From assembly GCA_016936435.1 (NCBI GenBank), contig JAFGXX010000061.1:2841-66840 (forward strand): a stretch of 64,000 nt of DNA, written 5' to 3'. This DNA is from Bacteroidales bacterium. Lineage in GTDB: Bacteria; Bacteroidota; Bacteroidia; Bacteroidales; VadinHA17. This document shows positions 54,407 to 64,000 of this stretch, piece after piece (position 1 is the stretch's first letter; each line of letters begins with the position of its first letter). The notes beneath the pieces were generated by a model. It worked only from the letters and a program-made list of their open reading frames with translations. It was not told the DNA's origin and searched no databases. A program made the position numbers and the translations under genes.

Positions 54407-55867
54407 CTATTTCTTGGGTATCCTTGCGAGTACTTCCAGAAGCAGGTCCCAGAACATAAGTGCGGTTTTTATCTCCAGCCTCTCCTCGGGAGTGTGTGCA
54501 CCACGGATTGTGGGACCGAATGAGATCATATCAATACCTTTATTTTTCTCATATATCAGACCGCATTCAAGACCGGCATGAATTGCTCTTACCTGTGGTT
54601 CTTTACTGAAGAGTGTCCTGTATGCTTCAATGGTAATTTTCAGTATTTCTGAAGAAATATTAGGCCTCCATCCGGGATAACCGGCAGAGTGTTCTACCCT
54701 GGCTCCGGCAAGTTTCATACATGATGCCACCATCGATCCGGCATCAATCTTTGATGATTCGATGGAACTGCGCTGGGTGGTGACTATCCTGATCCTGTTG
54801 TTGTCAACAAATTTTACCGATGCCAGATTCGTTGAGGTCTCCACAAGATCTTCCATCTCTGTCGACCATGCCAGTGGTCCGTGCGGACAACAGTTAATTG
54901 CTGCGAGAAGCTTGCTGTGATTATCCTTATCCATCACCCGGTCAGGCATTGAAACATCCTTTACCGATATATTCAGTTCTTTTTCAATATGACCCAGTTC
55001 GTCTTTTATCAGGTCATTTAATTCCTCAACCCTTTTCTTTACATTTTCCTTTAAGTTCCTGTTTACCACGATAGTGGCAAAGGCCTCTCTCGGAATCGCA
55101 TTGCGCAGATTACCACCGTCAAAACTGGCCAGCGCGATAATAAATTCATTGGAGAGATTCCACAGGATCCTGTTCATTATCTTTACTGAGTTTCCGAACC
55201 CTTTGTGAATTTCATCACCCGAGTGGCCTCCCCTGAGACCTGTTACCGATATCTCAAGAGCTTCACCATCATAGTCTGGTGCATCGACAGTGTAGGTCAT
55301 TTCAGCAACAGTGTCCATTCCTCCCGCACATCCGATGAATAGAATACCTTCATCTTCCGAATCGAGATTTATGAGGATCCTGCCCTCGAAGAAATCGGGA
55401 CTCAGATTTATAGCTCCGGTCATTCCTGATTCCTCGTCAGTGGTAAAAAGGCATTCAAGTTTCCCCGTGGCAATGTTCTTATCGGCCAGAATGGCCATCT
55501 GTGCAGCAATTCCTATTCCATCATCAGCTCCCAGAGTAGTACCGCTTGCTGTTACCCATCCGTCCTTAACGACCGGTATAATAGGGTCTTTTGCCCAGTC
55601 GTGAGGATGATCGGCATTTTTTTCTCCAACCATGTCCATGTGGCTCTGAAGGACGACCGTTTTCCGATCCTCCATTCCCGGTGAAGCTTCTTTAACTATG
55701 AGAATGTTGCCTGCACTGTCTTCTTTTGCACAGAGGTTGTTCTGCCTTGCGAACTGCATAAGGTAAGCCCTGATCCTTCCTTCATCTTTAGAAAGACGGG
55801 GTATTTTGCAGATCTCCTCAAAGTAAGTCCATACAAGTTCGGGTTTCAGTCCGTTGAATATGCTCAT
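54407..55867 (-). CDS. pepD: Aminoacyl-histidine dipeptidase (M20 family, PepD)
   Basis: 486 aa with 'LQSHMDMVGEKN', 'GTTLGADDGIG' and 'TDEESGMTGA'. Confidence 0.9.
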   Translation of the reverse strand: MSIFNGLKPELVWTYFEEICKIPRLSKDEGRIRAYLMQFARQNNLCAKEDSAGNILIVKEASPGMEDRKTVVLQSHMDMVGEKNADHPHDWAKDPIIPVVKDGWVTASGTTLGADDGIGIAAQMAILADKNIATGKLECLFTTDEESGMTGAINLSPDFFEGRILINLDSEDEGILFIGCAGGMDTVAEMTYTVDAPDYDGEALEISVTGLRGGHSGDEIHKGFGNSVKIMNRILWNLSNEFIIALASFDGGNLRNAIPREAFATIVVNRNLKENVKKRVEELNDLIKDELGHIEKELNISVKDVSMPDRVMDKDNHSKLLAAINCCPHGPLAWSTEMEDLVETSTNLASVKFVDNNRIRIVTTQRSSIESSKIDAGSMVASCMKLAGARVEHSAGYPGWRPNISSEILKITIEAYRTLFSKEPQVRAIHAGLECGLIYEKNKGIDMISFGPTIRGAHTPEERLEIKTALMFWDLLLEVLARIPKK

Positions 55868-55886
55868 GCCACATTATATCTGGCGT

Positions 55887-55894
55887 CAAAGGTA
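55887..55894 (-). promoter_or_regulatory. Candidate -7 box (TACCTTTG) for pepD
   Basis: Exact TAnnTTTG match on the minus strand, 19 nt upstream of the ATG at 55867. Confidence 0.4.
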
Positions 55895-56014
55895 GAATTA
55901 ATTTTTTTAAACGTAAAAAAGTGCAACGGTAAATGAGACCGGACTTTTTGAGCTGATTTATTTTACTTATTTTTACTCTGTACAGGGATCATTATAAACA
56001 ACTAAGAAACTTAC

Positions 56015-57211
56015 ATGGCAGGAAGAAGTATAGTTCTATTACCGGGCGACGGCATAGGGTCAATTGTCCTCGATCAGGCTGTCAGGGTACTCGACGCCGC
56101 AGGATTTGATGCGGAATATATTTACGGCGACATAGGATGGAAATACTGGTGCAGTGAGGGTAACCCCTTACCTGAAAGGACACTGAAGCTTATCCAAAAG
56201 CACAGAATAGCTTTGTTCGGAGCCATAACTTCAAAACCGAACGATGAGGCCAGGGCAGAACTCGATCCGGCATTGCAGGACAGAGGCTTTGTATATTCCA
56301 GCCCCATCGTTGGACTGAGGCAGTATTTTAATCTCGATATATGTGTCAGACCTTGCCGTTCATACAAGGGAAACCCTCTCAATTTCATCAGAAGAGGTAG
56401 CGGAAACACAATAGAAGAGCCACGGATTGATGCTGTAATATTCAGGCAGAACACCGAATGCCTGTATTCAGGAGTAGAGTGGACAAATCCGCCCGATAAT
56501 GTTTACCAGGCCCTTCAGTCGCATCCTAAATTCAGAAAAAATTTTGGTGATGTGCCTGTTGATGAACTTTCTGTTTCAGTGAGGATCTTTACAAAAAAAG
56601 CAACGGAGAGAATCCTTAAAGCTGCTTTTTCCTATGCCCGCGAAAACGGGTATAAATCAGTCACTGTGTGTGAAAAACCAAATGTTGTAAGGGAAACATC
56701 CGGGATGATGTGGAAAATGGCCCGTGAAATACAAAAGGATATTTTCCCGGAAATAAAACTCATAAATACAAACATCGATGCACAAATGATGTGGCTTACC
56801 AAAAATCCTGAGGAATACGGAGTTATCGTCGCCGGTAACATGTTTGGCGATATTGTATCTGACGGATTTGCCGGACTCATAGGAGGGCTGGGCTTTGCCT
56901 GCAGTGCACAGTATTCTGCCGACGGTGTGGCTGTATTCGAACCGACTCACGGATCGGCACCTAAATATGCAGATTACAGTACACCTATTGTAAATCCCAT
57001 TGCGATGATCGAATCAGCCTGTATGATGCTTGATTACCTGGGAGAAAAGAAGATAAGCGGATCCATCCGGGATGCAATTGCGGAAGTTATAATGGAAGGT
57101 CGTGTAAGAACATATGACATGATGAAAATGCAGGGACGTCCTGAAGTGATTGATAACGGTGCCGTATCTACTATCCGGATGACCGATGAGATAATTTCCA
57201 GATTAAAATAA
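56015..57211 (+). CDS. Isocitrate/isopropylmalate dehydrogenase family protein (probable isocitrate dehydrogenase)
   Basis: 398 aa with 'IVLLPGDGIG', 'ALFGAITSKP', 'VRPCRSY' and 'NMFGDIVSDGFAGLIGGLG'. I cannot assign the substrate by eye. Confidence 0.8.
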   Translation: MAGRSIVLLPGDGIGSIVLDQAVRVLDAAGFDAEYIYGDIGWKYWCSEGNPLPERTLKLIQKHRIALFGAITSKPNDEARAELDPALQDRGFVYSSPIVGLRQYFNLDICVRPCRSYKGNPLNFIRRGSGNTIEEPRIDAVIFRQNTECLYSGVEWTNPPDNVYQALQSHPKFRKNFGDVPVDELSVSVRIFTKKATERILKAAFSYARENGYKSVTVCEKPNVVRETSGMMWKMAREIQKDIFPEIKLINTNIDAQMMWLTKNPEEYGVIVAGNMFGDIVSDGFAGLIGGLGFACSAQYSADGVAVFEPTHGSAPKYADYSTPIVNPIAMIESACMMLDYLGEKKISGSIRDAIAEVIMEGRVRTYDMMKMQGRPEVIDNGAVSTIRMTDEIISRLK

Positions 57212-57223
57212 TGACACTGCAAA

Positions 57224-57766
57224 ATGACTGAAACGTTGAAGACACTGTGGCCGGAACTGGAATGGATCAATGACATCTCACTAAGAGAAAAAACGGCTGC
57301 CACCTGGCAGAGAGCACTCGACAAGAGCGTCCTTAAACCCGCCGACCTTGATAAGATACCTTTTACCCTGCTTTGCGGACCGGATCTTAAAGTGAGTTTT
57401 ATGGCCCATAAAAGGTGCGTTGTTCATATGGCAAGAGCCTGCGGGGAAGCAATGAACAGTTTTTTCGGCGATGATCTGCCTGTCGATATGGATATCCTTG
57501 TGTCGGGAGCCATTCTTGCTGACGTAGGTAAACTTCTTGAATATGAACTTGATAATGACGGCAATGCAATTCAGGGCACTTATGGCAGATACCTCCGCCA
57601 CCCTTTCTCGGGTGTCTCACTGGCAGAGGAATGTGGTGTTCCTGCCGAAGTATGTCATATAATTGCAGCCCATGCTCATGAAGGTGACCTCGTGAAGAGA
57701 TCGACGGAAGCCTGGATAGTACATCATGCCGATTTCATGGCCTTCGAACCCTTCAGAAAAAAATAA
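57224..57766 (+). CDS. HD-domain protein (predicted metal-dependent phosphohydrolase)
   Basis: 180 aa with His in 'HKRCVVHMA' and 'IIAAHAHEGD', consistent with an H...HD...D layout. The call is weak. Confidence 0.55.
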   Translation: MTETLKTLWPELEWINDISLREKTAATWQRALDKSVLKPADLDKIPFTLLCGPDLKVSFMAHKRCVVHMARACGEAMNSFFGDDLPVDMDILVSGAILADVGKLLEYELDNDGNAIQGTYGRYLRHPFSGVSLAEECGVPAEVCHIIAAHAHEGDLVKRSTEAWIVHHADFMAFEPFRKK

Positions 57767-57805
57767 TCCGGACTTACTTCAATTCTTTACACCTCTTTCA
57801 CGTCT

Positions 57806-57847
57806 CATGCCCCACACCGCACGCCGCATGTCCCACACCGCACGCCT
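57806..57847. repeat. 2 x 21-bp tandem direct repeat (CATGyCCCACACCGCACGCCk)
   Basis: catgccccacaccgcacgccg (57806-57826) and catgtcccacaccgcacgcct (57827-57847), with 2 mismatches. It fills the gap between convergent genes. Confidence 0.9.
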
Positions 57848-59782
57848 CTATCCTAATTTCATCTTCTCCACCTCCGAGATATTCCTCTCGTTAGTAATGG
57901 CTTTGGCCTCTGGTGTATACAGGAAGTCAATAAGATCCTGGTATTTATCCATTATCTTACCTCTTACGATCTTCATCGTGGAATTCATCAGACCGTTGTC
58001 TTCGTTAAATCCCTCTTCCAGTATCCCGATAGCTACCGGCAGCCAGCGCTGGGGAAACATCTTTCCGAATTTTCCGTTGGTGCGATATTCATTTACCTCA
58101 TTTTCAAGGAGATAAAGTATTACACGTTTACCTTCATCCGAATCGGCTGTAAGATTTTTTTCTTCGAGGTAAGTTTTAAGCGAGTGTTGATTGGGAACTA
58201 TCAGGCACACAGTGTAGGGTTTTTGATTATTATAAAGCATACACTGGTCGATGTATTTCGATTGTTCAGTTACAGCTTCTTCGATACCTTCAGGACTGAA
58301 TTTTTCACCGTCGTCGGCTATCAGAAGGCTTTTGAAACGTCCCAGGACATACAGGAAACCATCGGTAGACATATATCCCATATCGCCTGTATGAAGCCAT
58401 CCGTCTTTTATGGTATCCTTTGTTGCGGCTTCATTTTTCCAGTATCCGTACATTACATTACCGCCCCTTATAACTATTTCACCTTTTTCGCCTACAGGCA
58501 GTTCTTTGCCTTCATCGTCACAGATTTTCAGATCCATGTTGTTCACCAGTATCCCTGAAGATCCAAGTTTATGACGTGCTGCCGAGTTGGAAGATATTAT
58601 GGGTGAGGCTTCGCTCAGCCCGTATCCCTGGTACATCGGCACACCGATGGCGTAAAAGAACCTCTGCAGCTCGATATCCAGAAGGGCTCCACCACCGATG
58701 AAGTAATCGAGTTCTCCTCCGAAAGCTTCTCTTACCTTGCTGAAGAGGATCTTATCGAAGAGCCGGAGCAGAGGTTTTTTGAGCTTCTGAATGCCCTGAC
58801 CCTTGTTCCAGCCCTCCCTGTTATATGAATAGGCCAGTTTAAGGGCGTAATTGAACAGCATTGCGGTAAACTTTCCTTTTTCCCTTATACCCTTTTCGAT
58901 ATTCTTTCTGAAATTTTTGGCTATGGCCGGAACGCTCATCATCAAATTTGGCTTTATCTCCTTCATGCACGAAGGCAGGTTTCTGAGCGTTTCCATCGGT
59001 GTTTTACCTGTTTTCACCGAAGCAATACTGGCCCCTTTTCCCATAAAGGCGAATAATGCCGCTGTGTGCCCGAAGGAATGATCCCACGGAAGGATCACAA
59101 GTGTCTTGTAGAAAGGAGGTATATCCATGAGGCTGTATGCCTGGTAAACGTTGGTAACATAGTTGCCATGAGTCAGAATTATCCCCTTGGGATCGGCTGT
59201 GGTGCCGGATGTATAGCAGATGTTTGCAAAATCGTCGGGGACAAGGCTTCTGAAGCTTTCTTCAAAGATCTTAGTGTTTCCGTTTTTGTCGAGCCATTCA
59301 CGTCCCAGCTTCCTCACCTCGTTGAAGTGTATCTCATTCTTTCCATACTCTTCCTGCTTGTCGAAATGAATTATTTTTTCAATAACAGGGCACTGGTCTA
59401 TCACTTCCATTACCTTGGATGCCTGAATTGAAGAGACAAGTATCATTCTTGATTCTGAGTGATTTACTCTGAACATGATCTCTTCGGGATTCAGTTTCGT
59501 TGAGAGGGGTACATTAACACCTCCGGCGTAAAGTATGCCCAGTTCACCGATCACCCAGTTGTTTCTTCCTTCCGAGATAAGACTTAGCCGGTCGCCCTTC
59601 TTTATGCCCATGCATCGGAGACCAGCAGCAAATTCATACACCTGCCGTCGGGTCTCTTCATAGGTTGTACCTTCATATTTGTCTCCCGGTTTTTCCCACA
59701 GATAAATGTTGTGACCAAATTTTTCAACACTTTCTTCAAAAAATTCGATAAGTGATTTCATTTTTAAAGTTTTTCGAGTCAT
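57848..59782 (-). CDS. Long-chain fatty-acid--CoA ligase (AMP-binding enzyme)
   Basis: 644 aa with the AMP motif 'CYTSGTTADPKGIILTHGN', 'GYGLSE' and 'WLHTGDMG'. An alternative start lies at 59761. Confidence 0.85.
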   Translation of the reverse strand: MTRKTLKMKSLIEFFEESVEKFGHNIYLWEKPGDKYEGTTYEETRRQVYEFAAGLRCMGIKKGDRLSLISEGRNNWVIGELGILYAGGVNVPLSTKLNPEEIMFRVNHSESRMILVSSIQASKVMEVIDQCPVIEKIIHFDKQEEYGKNEIHFNEVRKLGREWLDKNGNTKIFEESFRSLVPDDFANICYTSGTTADPKGIILTHGNYVTNVYQAYSLMDIPPFYKTLVILPWDHSFGHTAALFAFMGKGASIASVKTGKTPMETLRNLPSCMKEIKPNLMMSVPAIAKNFRKNIEKGIREKGKFTAMLFNYALKLAYSYNREGWNKGQGIQKLKKPLLRLFDKILFSKVREAFGGELDYFIGGGALLDIELQRFFYAIGVPMYQGYGLSEASPIISSNSAARHKLGSSGILVNNMDLKICDDEGKELPVGEKGEIVIRGGNVMYGYWKNEAATKDTIKDGWLHTGDMGYMSTDGFLYVLGRFKSLLIADDGEKFSPEGIEEAVTEQSKYIDQCMLYNNQKPYTVCLIVPNQHSLKTYLEEKNLTADSDEGKRVILYLLENEVNEYRTNGKFGKMFPQRWLPVAIGILEEGFNEDNGLMNSTMKIVRGKIMDKYQDLIDFLYTPEAKAITNERNISEVEKMKLG

Positions 59783-59936
59783 TAAATCCGGACTCTAAGA
59801 TACAAAATCTGGAATATTACAACATGTGCTCCTTCTTTGTGATTTGGTTTCATGCCCGATATTTTGTATCTTTGATTTATAGGCCTGTTAATATATTACA
59901 CGGCAATCGGTTGATGGACATATTAAAATTTATTTT

Positions 59937-60404
59937 ATGAGGTATCTGACCCTTTTTTTACTTATGGTTCTGCTTGCAGGTATGCCTTCGTGCAAATTTT
60001 TTAAAGACAAAAAGATCTTTGGAAAGAAGAAAGCAGAACTGGAAGCTTTGCAGGAACAGCAGAGAAAGATCAGGGAAGCTGATTCCCTGAAGGCTGTGGA
60101 AGAACGTCTCAGGGTACTTGAGCAGGCGCGGCTCGATTCAATGAGGCTTGCTGAAGAGGAGCGTCTGGCGCTTGCGACACGTTACAACATAGTGGTTGGA
60201 GCTTTTATAACTCCGGAGTATGCCAGGGAGTGGGTTGAGGAATACCGGAACAGAGGTTACGATCCGACGATAATACCTTTTCCCGGGACAAGTTTTGAAC
60301 TGGTTGTGGCAGAAGCACATCCCGATGCAGCCAAAGCCTTCAGCCGTCTGAACCAGTTTCTGGATACAGTACAGATAGATGCCTGGGTGTACGAAAGGAA
60401 ATAA
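59937..60404 (+). CDS. SPOR-domain lipoprotein
   Basis: 155 aa with lipobox 'LLAGMPSC', a coiled-coil linker and a C-terminal SPOR-like 'YNIVVGAFITPEYAREWVEEYRNRGYDPTII'. Confidence 0.65.
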   Translation: MRYLTLFLLMVLLAGMPSCKFFKDKKIFGKKKAELEALQEQQRKIREADSLKAVEERLRVLEQARLDSMRLAEEERLALATRYNIVVGAFITPEYAREWVEEYRNRGYDPTIIPFPGTSFELVVAEAHPDAAKAFSRLNQFLDTVQIDAWVYERK

Positions 60405-60443
60405 TTCCTTTTCGGGTATTCTGAATTATGCGGGTATATTTTC

Positions 60444-61709
60444 TTACCGCAGAATTGTCTCTTCACGATCAGGTCCTACAGACACCAGTGTTACAGGAAC
60501 ACCGGTCTGGTCTTCAATAAATTTGATATAGTTACGTAGATTTGATGGTAACAGGCTGAATTCCCTGATACCGGAGATATTTTCCTTCCATCCCGGAACT
60601 TCTGTGTATACAGGTTCAACAGGAATATTGTTTATTGGCAGCTCGCGCGTTTCTTCACCGGCGAGGAGATAGGATGTACATACCTTAATTGTGTCAATTC
60701 CCGACAAAACATCGCTCTTGGTCATAAACAGCTGTGTGACACCGTTGAGCATAATCGCATATTTCAGTGCAGGAATGTCAAGCCATCCGCATCTGCGCGG
60801 CCGGCCTGTCGTGGAACCGTATTCATGTCCGGCATCGCGGAGAAGTTTTCCTGTTTCATCATTAAGTTCGGTGGGGAAGGGGCCGCTTCCGACCCTTGTG
60901 CAATAGGCTTTAAAAATGCCGAATACCTCTCCTATATTCTTTGGCGATATCCCCAGTCCGGTACATGCGCCGGCGCTGACAGTGTTTGATGAGGTGACAA
61001 AGGGATATGAGCCGAAATCGATATCCAGCATGGTTCCCTGGGCTCCCTCGGCAAGCAGTTTTTTACCACGGTCGATAAGGTCATTTATATAATACTCAGT
61101 GTTGATGATCCTGAAATTTTTCATCATTTCTATACCTTCAAACCATCCTGCCTCGTATTCTTTTAGGTCATATTCCAGGTCATAGTTTTTCAGTATTCTG
61201 AGATGAGCTTCGAGACGCTCTTCGTAAAGGTCCCTGAAATTTTCGGCAAGGATGTCTCCGGCCCTGAGTCCGTTGCGTGCCACCTTGTCAGTGTAGGCCG
61301 GACCTATGCCTTTGAGAGTGGATCCGATCTTTAAACATCCCTTGTGCTTTTCATAGGCAGCATCAAGAATCCTGTGGCCCGGAAGTATCAGGTTGGCTTT
61401 TGCAGAAATGATAAGCCTTCCGGCAAGCTCACTCACCGGCGGTCCCAGGTTTTCAATTTCCTTTTTGAAAACAGCAGGATCTATAACCACACCATTGCCG
61501 ATTACGTTAATCTTTTCACTGTGAAAGATGCCTGACGGGATCAGGTGAAGAATGTGCTTCACATTGTTGAATTCCAGAGAATGTCCCGCATTAGGCCCCC
61601 CCTGAAAACGTGCAATTATATCATATTCAGGGCTGATTGCATCGACAATTTTTCCTTTTCCCTCATCTCCCCACTGCAATCCCAATAAAATATCTGTATT
61701 CATAGCCAA
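60444..61709 (-). CDS. purA: Adenylosuccinate synthase
   Basis: 421 aa with 'GLQWGDEGKGKIVD', 'GTTGRGIGP'-type 'STLKGIGPAY' and 'GSTTGRPRRCGW'. Confidence 0.95.
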   Translation of the reverse strand: MAMNTDILLGLQWGDEGKGKIVDAISPEYDIIARFQGGPNAGHSLEFNNVKHILHLIPSGIFHSEKINVIGNGVVIDPAVFKKEIENLGPPVSELAGRLIISAKANLILPGHRILDAAYEKHKGCLKIGSTLKGIGPAYTDKVARNGLRAGDILAENFRDLYEERLEAHLRILKNYDLEYDLKEYEAGWFEGIEMMKNFRIINTEYYINDLIDRGKKLLAEGAQGTMLDIDFGSYPFVTSSNTVSAGACTGLGISPKNIGEVFGIFKAYCTRVGSGPFPTELNDETGKLLRDAGHEYGSTTGRPRRCGWLDIPALKYAIMLNGVTQLFMTKSDVLSGIDTIKVCTSYLLAGEETRELPINNIPVEPVYTEVPGWKENISGIREFSLLPSNLRNYIKFIEDQTGVPVTLVSVGPDREETILR

Positions 61710-61911
61710 TAACCTAATCTCTTTTTTTAACAGTTCACAAGTTACAAAATAAATCGACCTTTCAAATTTCTGTTATTCGATTGTTAATAAATGCCCTGTG
61801 GAGATCGGCATAGACATGAAATGTGACCCGGAATACACAATAAATGAGCTGATGGGTTGTTATTATCTCAAATTTTGTAATTTTATATTTTAATTAACTC
61901 AGTTACTGATT

Positions 61912-62571
61912 ATGAAAAAGACAATTTTTGCTTTGATAACCGGGGTAGCTATTATGATCTCGGGCAGTCACGCATCTGCACAGGGATCCTCAACAGGTGA
62001 CGATTTCAGGTTCACCGTTAAAACCAACCCTCTCTCTATTCTGGGTGGCCCCATCTATGCCCTCTGGATTGTCCCTCTCACCAATGAATACAAGTTGAGT
62101 TTCGAAGCACAAACCTTTGGCAAACAATCTGTTCAGGTCGGAGTTGGCTATCTGGGAACCAGCCCTCTTATAAGTACCATAATGGATATGTCGGATGCTG
62201 ACAGTGACACAACACTAAAATCAGGCGGCTTTCACGGGCAGTTGTGGTATAAGTTCTTCCTGACAGACGATGACGCTCCATCGGGATTTTATGTTGGCCC
62301 GCATGTATCGTATGCATGGGCAAAGATGAAAAACAGCGCCGACGATAATGAGTATATTACGGCAGCCAAGCTAAATATCCATTTGGCTCTCGGCTACCAG
62401 ATAATAAGTAAAGGAGGATTTGCCCTTGATATTTTCACAGGTGTTGGTATCAAGAATAAATCGTATGATTCTCCCGGGATGGAAATGGATGAATTCCTTG
62501 ATGATCTGAATCTTACAAATAAATTCACTGTTAGTGTTCCATTAGGGCTTACCTTCGGTTATGCCTTCTGA
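61912..62571 (+). CDS. Small outer-membrane beta-barrel protein (porin-family/DUF3575-like; tentative)
   Basis: 219 aa with signal peptide '...SGSHASAQ', alternating beta-strand pattern and a C-terminal 'GLTFGYAF'. Confidence 0.5.
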   Translation: MKKTIFALITGVAIMISGSHASAQGSSTGDDFRFTVKTNPLSILGGPIYALWIVPLTNEYKLSFEAQTFGKQSVQVGVGYLGTSPLISTIMDMSDADSDTTLKSGGFHGQLWYKFFLTDDDAPSGFYVGPHVSYAWAKMKNSADDNEYITAAKLNIHLALGYQIISKGGFALDIFTGVGIKNKSYDSPGMEMDEFLDDLNLTNKFTVSVPLGLTFGYAF

Positions 62572-62593
62572 TAAATACTGATATTATCTGAAA

Positions 62594-63079
62594 CTAATCC
62601 GGGTGGTTCATAATCGGACCACCCTTATTTTTTTTGCCTTTATCTTCAGCCTTGTTCCCGTAGATGTATAGTGAGTGATACTGTGGAACGAAATTGTTAA
62701 GTTCACATGCAGTCCTTATAATTTCATTAATCCTGGGATCACAGAATTCAATTACCTGTCCCGTCTCCAGGTCGATAAGATGATCGTGCTGACCGCACTG
62801 ATATGCTCTTTCAAACTGAGCCATGTTCTTACCGAACTGATGTTTTACCACCAGGTTACAGTCGAGAAGCAGGTCGATGGTGTTGTATAGCGTAGCCCTG
62901 CTGACCCTGTAATTTTTGGTTTTCATGAAGATGTACAGTGATTCTATGTCGAAATGACCTGAACGCGAGTAAATTTCATCAAGAATTGCATATCGTTCCG
63001 GTGTCTTGCGGTGCCCCTTCTTTTCCAGATAATTGGTAAAGATCTTTTTAACTGTATTTTTCGAATCCTCGTTATTCAT
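62594..63079 (-). CDS. fur: Fur family transcriptional regulator
   Basis: 161 aa with a winged-helix '[24 protein letters not shown]......[15 protein letters not shown]' and a metal-site region '[10 protein letters not shown]...C'. Confidence 0.85.
   Translation of the reverse strand: MNNEDSKNTVKKIFTNYLEKKGHRKTPERYAILDEIYSRSGHFDIESLYIFMKTKNYRVSRATLYNTIDLLLDCNLVVKHQFGKNMAQFERAYQCGQHDHLIDLETGQVIEFCDPRINEIIRTACELNNFVPQYHSLYIYGNKAEDKGKKNKGGPIMNHPD
62601..62635 (+). terminator. Intrinsic terminator of the beta-barrel gene, embedded in the 3' end of the convergent fur ORF
   Basis: GGGTGGT-10 nt-ACCACCC followed by TTATTTTTTTT. Confidence 0.7.
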
Positions 63080-63143
63080 ATCCGGATTAATTTAAAATAA
63101 TAACAAAATTATGATTTTTTTGATAATTCCGCCGGGAAGGAAG

Positions 63144-64000
63144 TCAGGAGGTGATTTCAGAAAAATCCTCCACTCTCTTGACACTGTCAATCCCCTTGAT
63201 GTTCGATATTTTCATCATCAGGTTGTTCAGGTCTTTAGTGTGGTGAATGTACACATCAATAGTTCCTTCGAAGATCCCTTCGTGAACGGAAATGTTGATC
63301 CTTGACATATTGACCTTAAGTTCGGATGAGATGATGTTGGTGATCTCATTTACGAGGCCTATCCTGTCGATGCCCGACATGCTGATCCTTGCAGGGAAGG
63401 ACACCAGCTTGTGAATGGCCCATTTGACAGCGATGATCCTGTTACCCTCGTTCGACATAAGCCTTATGGCAACAGGACATTTAGGCTTGTGTATAATGAT
63501 GGTGCCCTCGGGTGAACGGTATCCTGTGACCTCGTCGCCGGGTATCGGATTACAGCATTTGGCTATTTCGTATGATTGTTCGGCATTCTCGACGTTTTCT
63601 CTAAGGAGAAAAGGAACATTTGCATTTAGCTTCTCCTTTTTTGGAGATGCTTCTTCCTTTGCTTCCTTTCTGCTTCCTATAAGCTTGAGCTCCCAGTACT
63701 TAATGACATTTTTCCCTGGAGACTTCCTGACAATCTTTTTAAGGTTTTCCAGGTCGACAATTCCCAGTTCAATGCCGGAATAAAGCTCATCCTTATTCGG
63801 GATATCGTAAGCCTGCATAAGCTTCCTTACCACTTCGGCGTTGGATGTGACACCCAGTTCCTTCAGTTTATCCTCCAGGATGTCCATACCCCTTTTTATC
63901 CGGTTAGAACTTTCAGTCCGCAGAGCACCCTTTATTGCTTCCTTGGCACGCGAGGTGGTTACAAAGGAAAGCCACTCCTTATCAGGTTTTGCAATGTCGG
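63144..64000 (-). CDS. RelA/SpoT-homologue (p)ppGpp synthetase/hydrolase, C-terminal part; the 5' end lies beyond the window
   Basis: The frame stays open upstream of the Met at 63887 to the window edge (...DIAKPDKEWLSFVTTSRAKEAIKGAL...), which is the typical RSH region after the TGS domain. The C-terminus is ACT-like: 'ISMSGIDRIGLVNEITNIIS...'. Confidence 0.85.
   Translation of the reverse strand, partial: DIAKPDKEWLSFVTTSRAKEAIKGALRTESSNRIKRGMDILEDKLKELGVTSNAEVVRKLMQAYDIPNKDELYSGIELGIVDLENLKKIVRKSPGKNVIKYWELKLIGSRKEAKEEASPKKEKLNANVPFLLRENVENAEQSYEIAKCCNPIPGDEVTGYRSPEGTIIIHKPKCPVAIRLMSNEGNRIIAVKWAIHKLVSFPARISMSGIDRIGLVNEITNIISSELKVNMSRINISVHEGIFEGTIDVYIHHTKDLNNLMMKISNIKGIDSVKRVEDFSEITS

Overview
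The window reads as an ordinary chromosomal segment of a Bacteroidota genome. The taxon call is an inference from four things: several exact TAnnTTTG -7 promoter boxes, a T9SS type-B (gliding-motility) C-terminal sorting domain, an archaeal/eukaryote-type ProS, and a Na+-pumping methylmalonyl-CoA decarboxylase operon. I support about 55 CDS and one tRNA-Ser(UGA). One CDS is a 53-aa rubredoxin that is missing from the ORF track. I see no rRNA, CRISPR array, transposase, phage genes or recognisable defence system.

Most of the content is core metabolism and housekeeping:
- PEP/pyruvate node: pckA, ppdK, pyk.
- Shikimate pathway: aroQ, aroB, aroC.
- Propionate branch: methylmalonyl-CoA epimerase plus mmdA/D/C/B.
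- Citrate lyase (a fused citD-citE, then citF) and an isocitrate/isopropylmalate dehydrogenase-family gene.
- htpG, proS, tilS, purA, nth, plsY, xerD, fur and an RSH C-terminus.

The parts that merit a second look are:
1. A larC-larE-larB (nickel-pincer cofactor) operon with no larA. It carries a WbqC-family fourth gene and lies back-to-back with a Tat-exported DUF362 protein and a NapH/NapG-like membrane polyferredoxin.
2. A Tyr/Gly-rich then Ser/Thr/Arg-rich low-complexity lipoprotein paired with a FadL-like outer-membrane barrel.
3. A tRNA-Ser whose leader holds degenerate copies of its own 5' half, interrupted by two hairpins.
4. Three intergenic short-period repeat structures: inverted octamer arrays, heptamer repeats and a 21-bp tandem repeat.
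5. A perfect 23-bp palindrome in a divergent promoter region.

All functional calls rest on motif and family recognition by eye. No database search was run.
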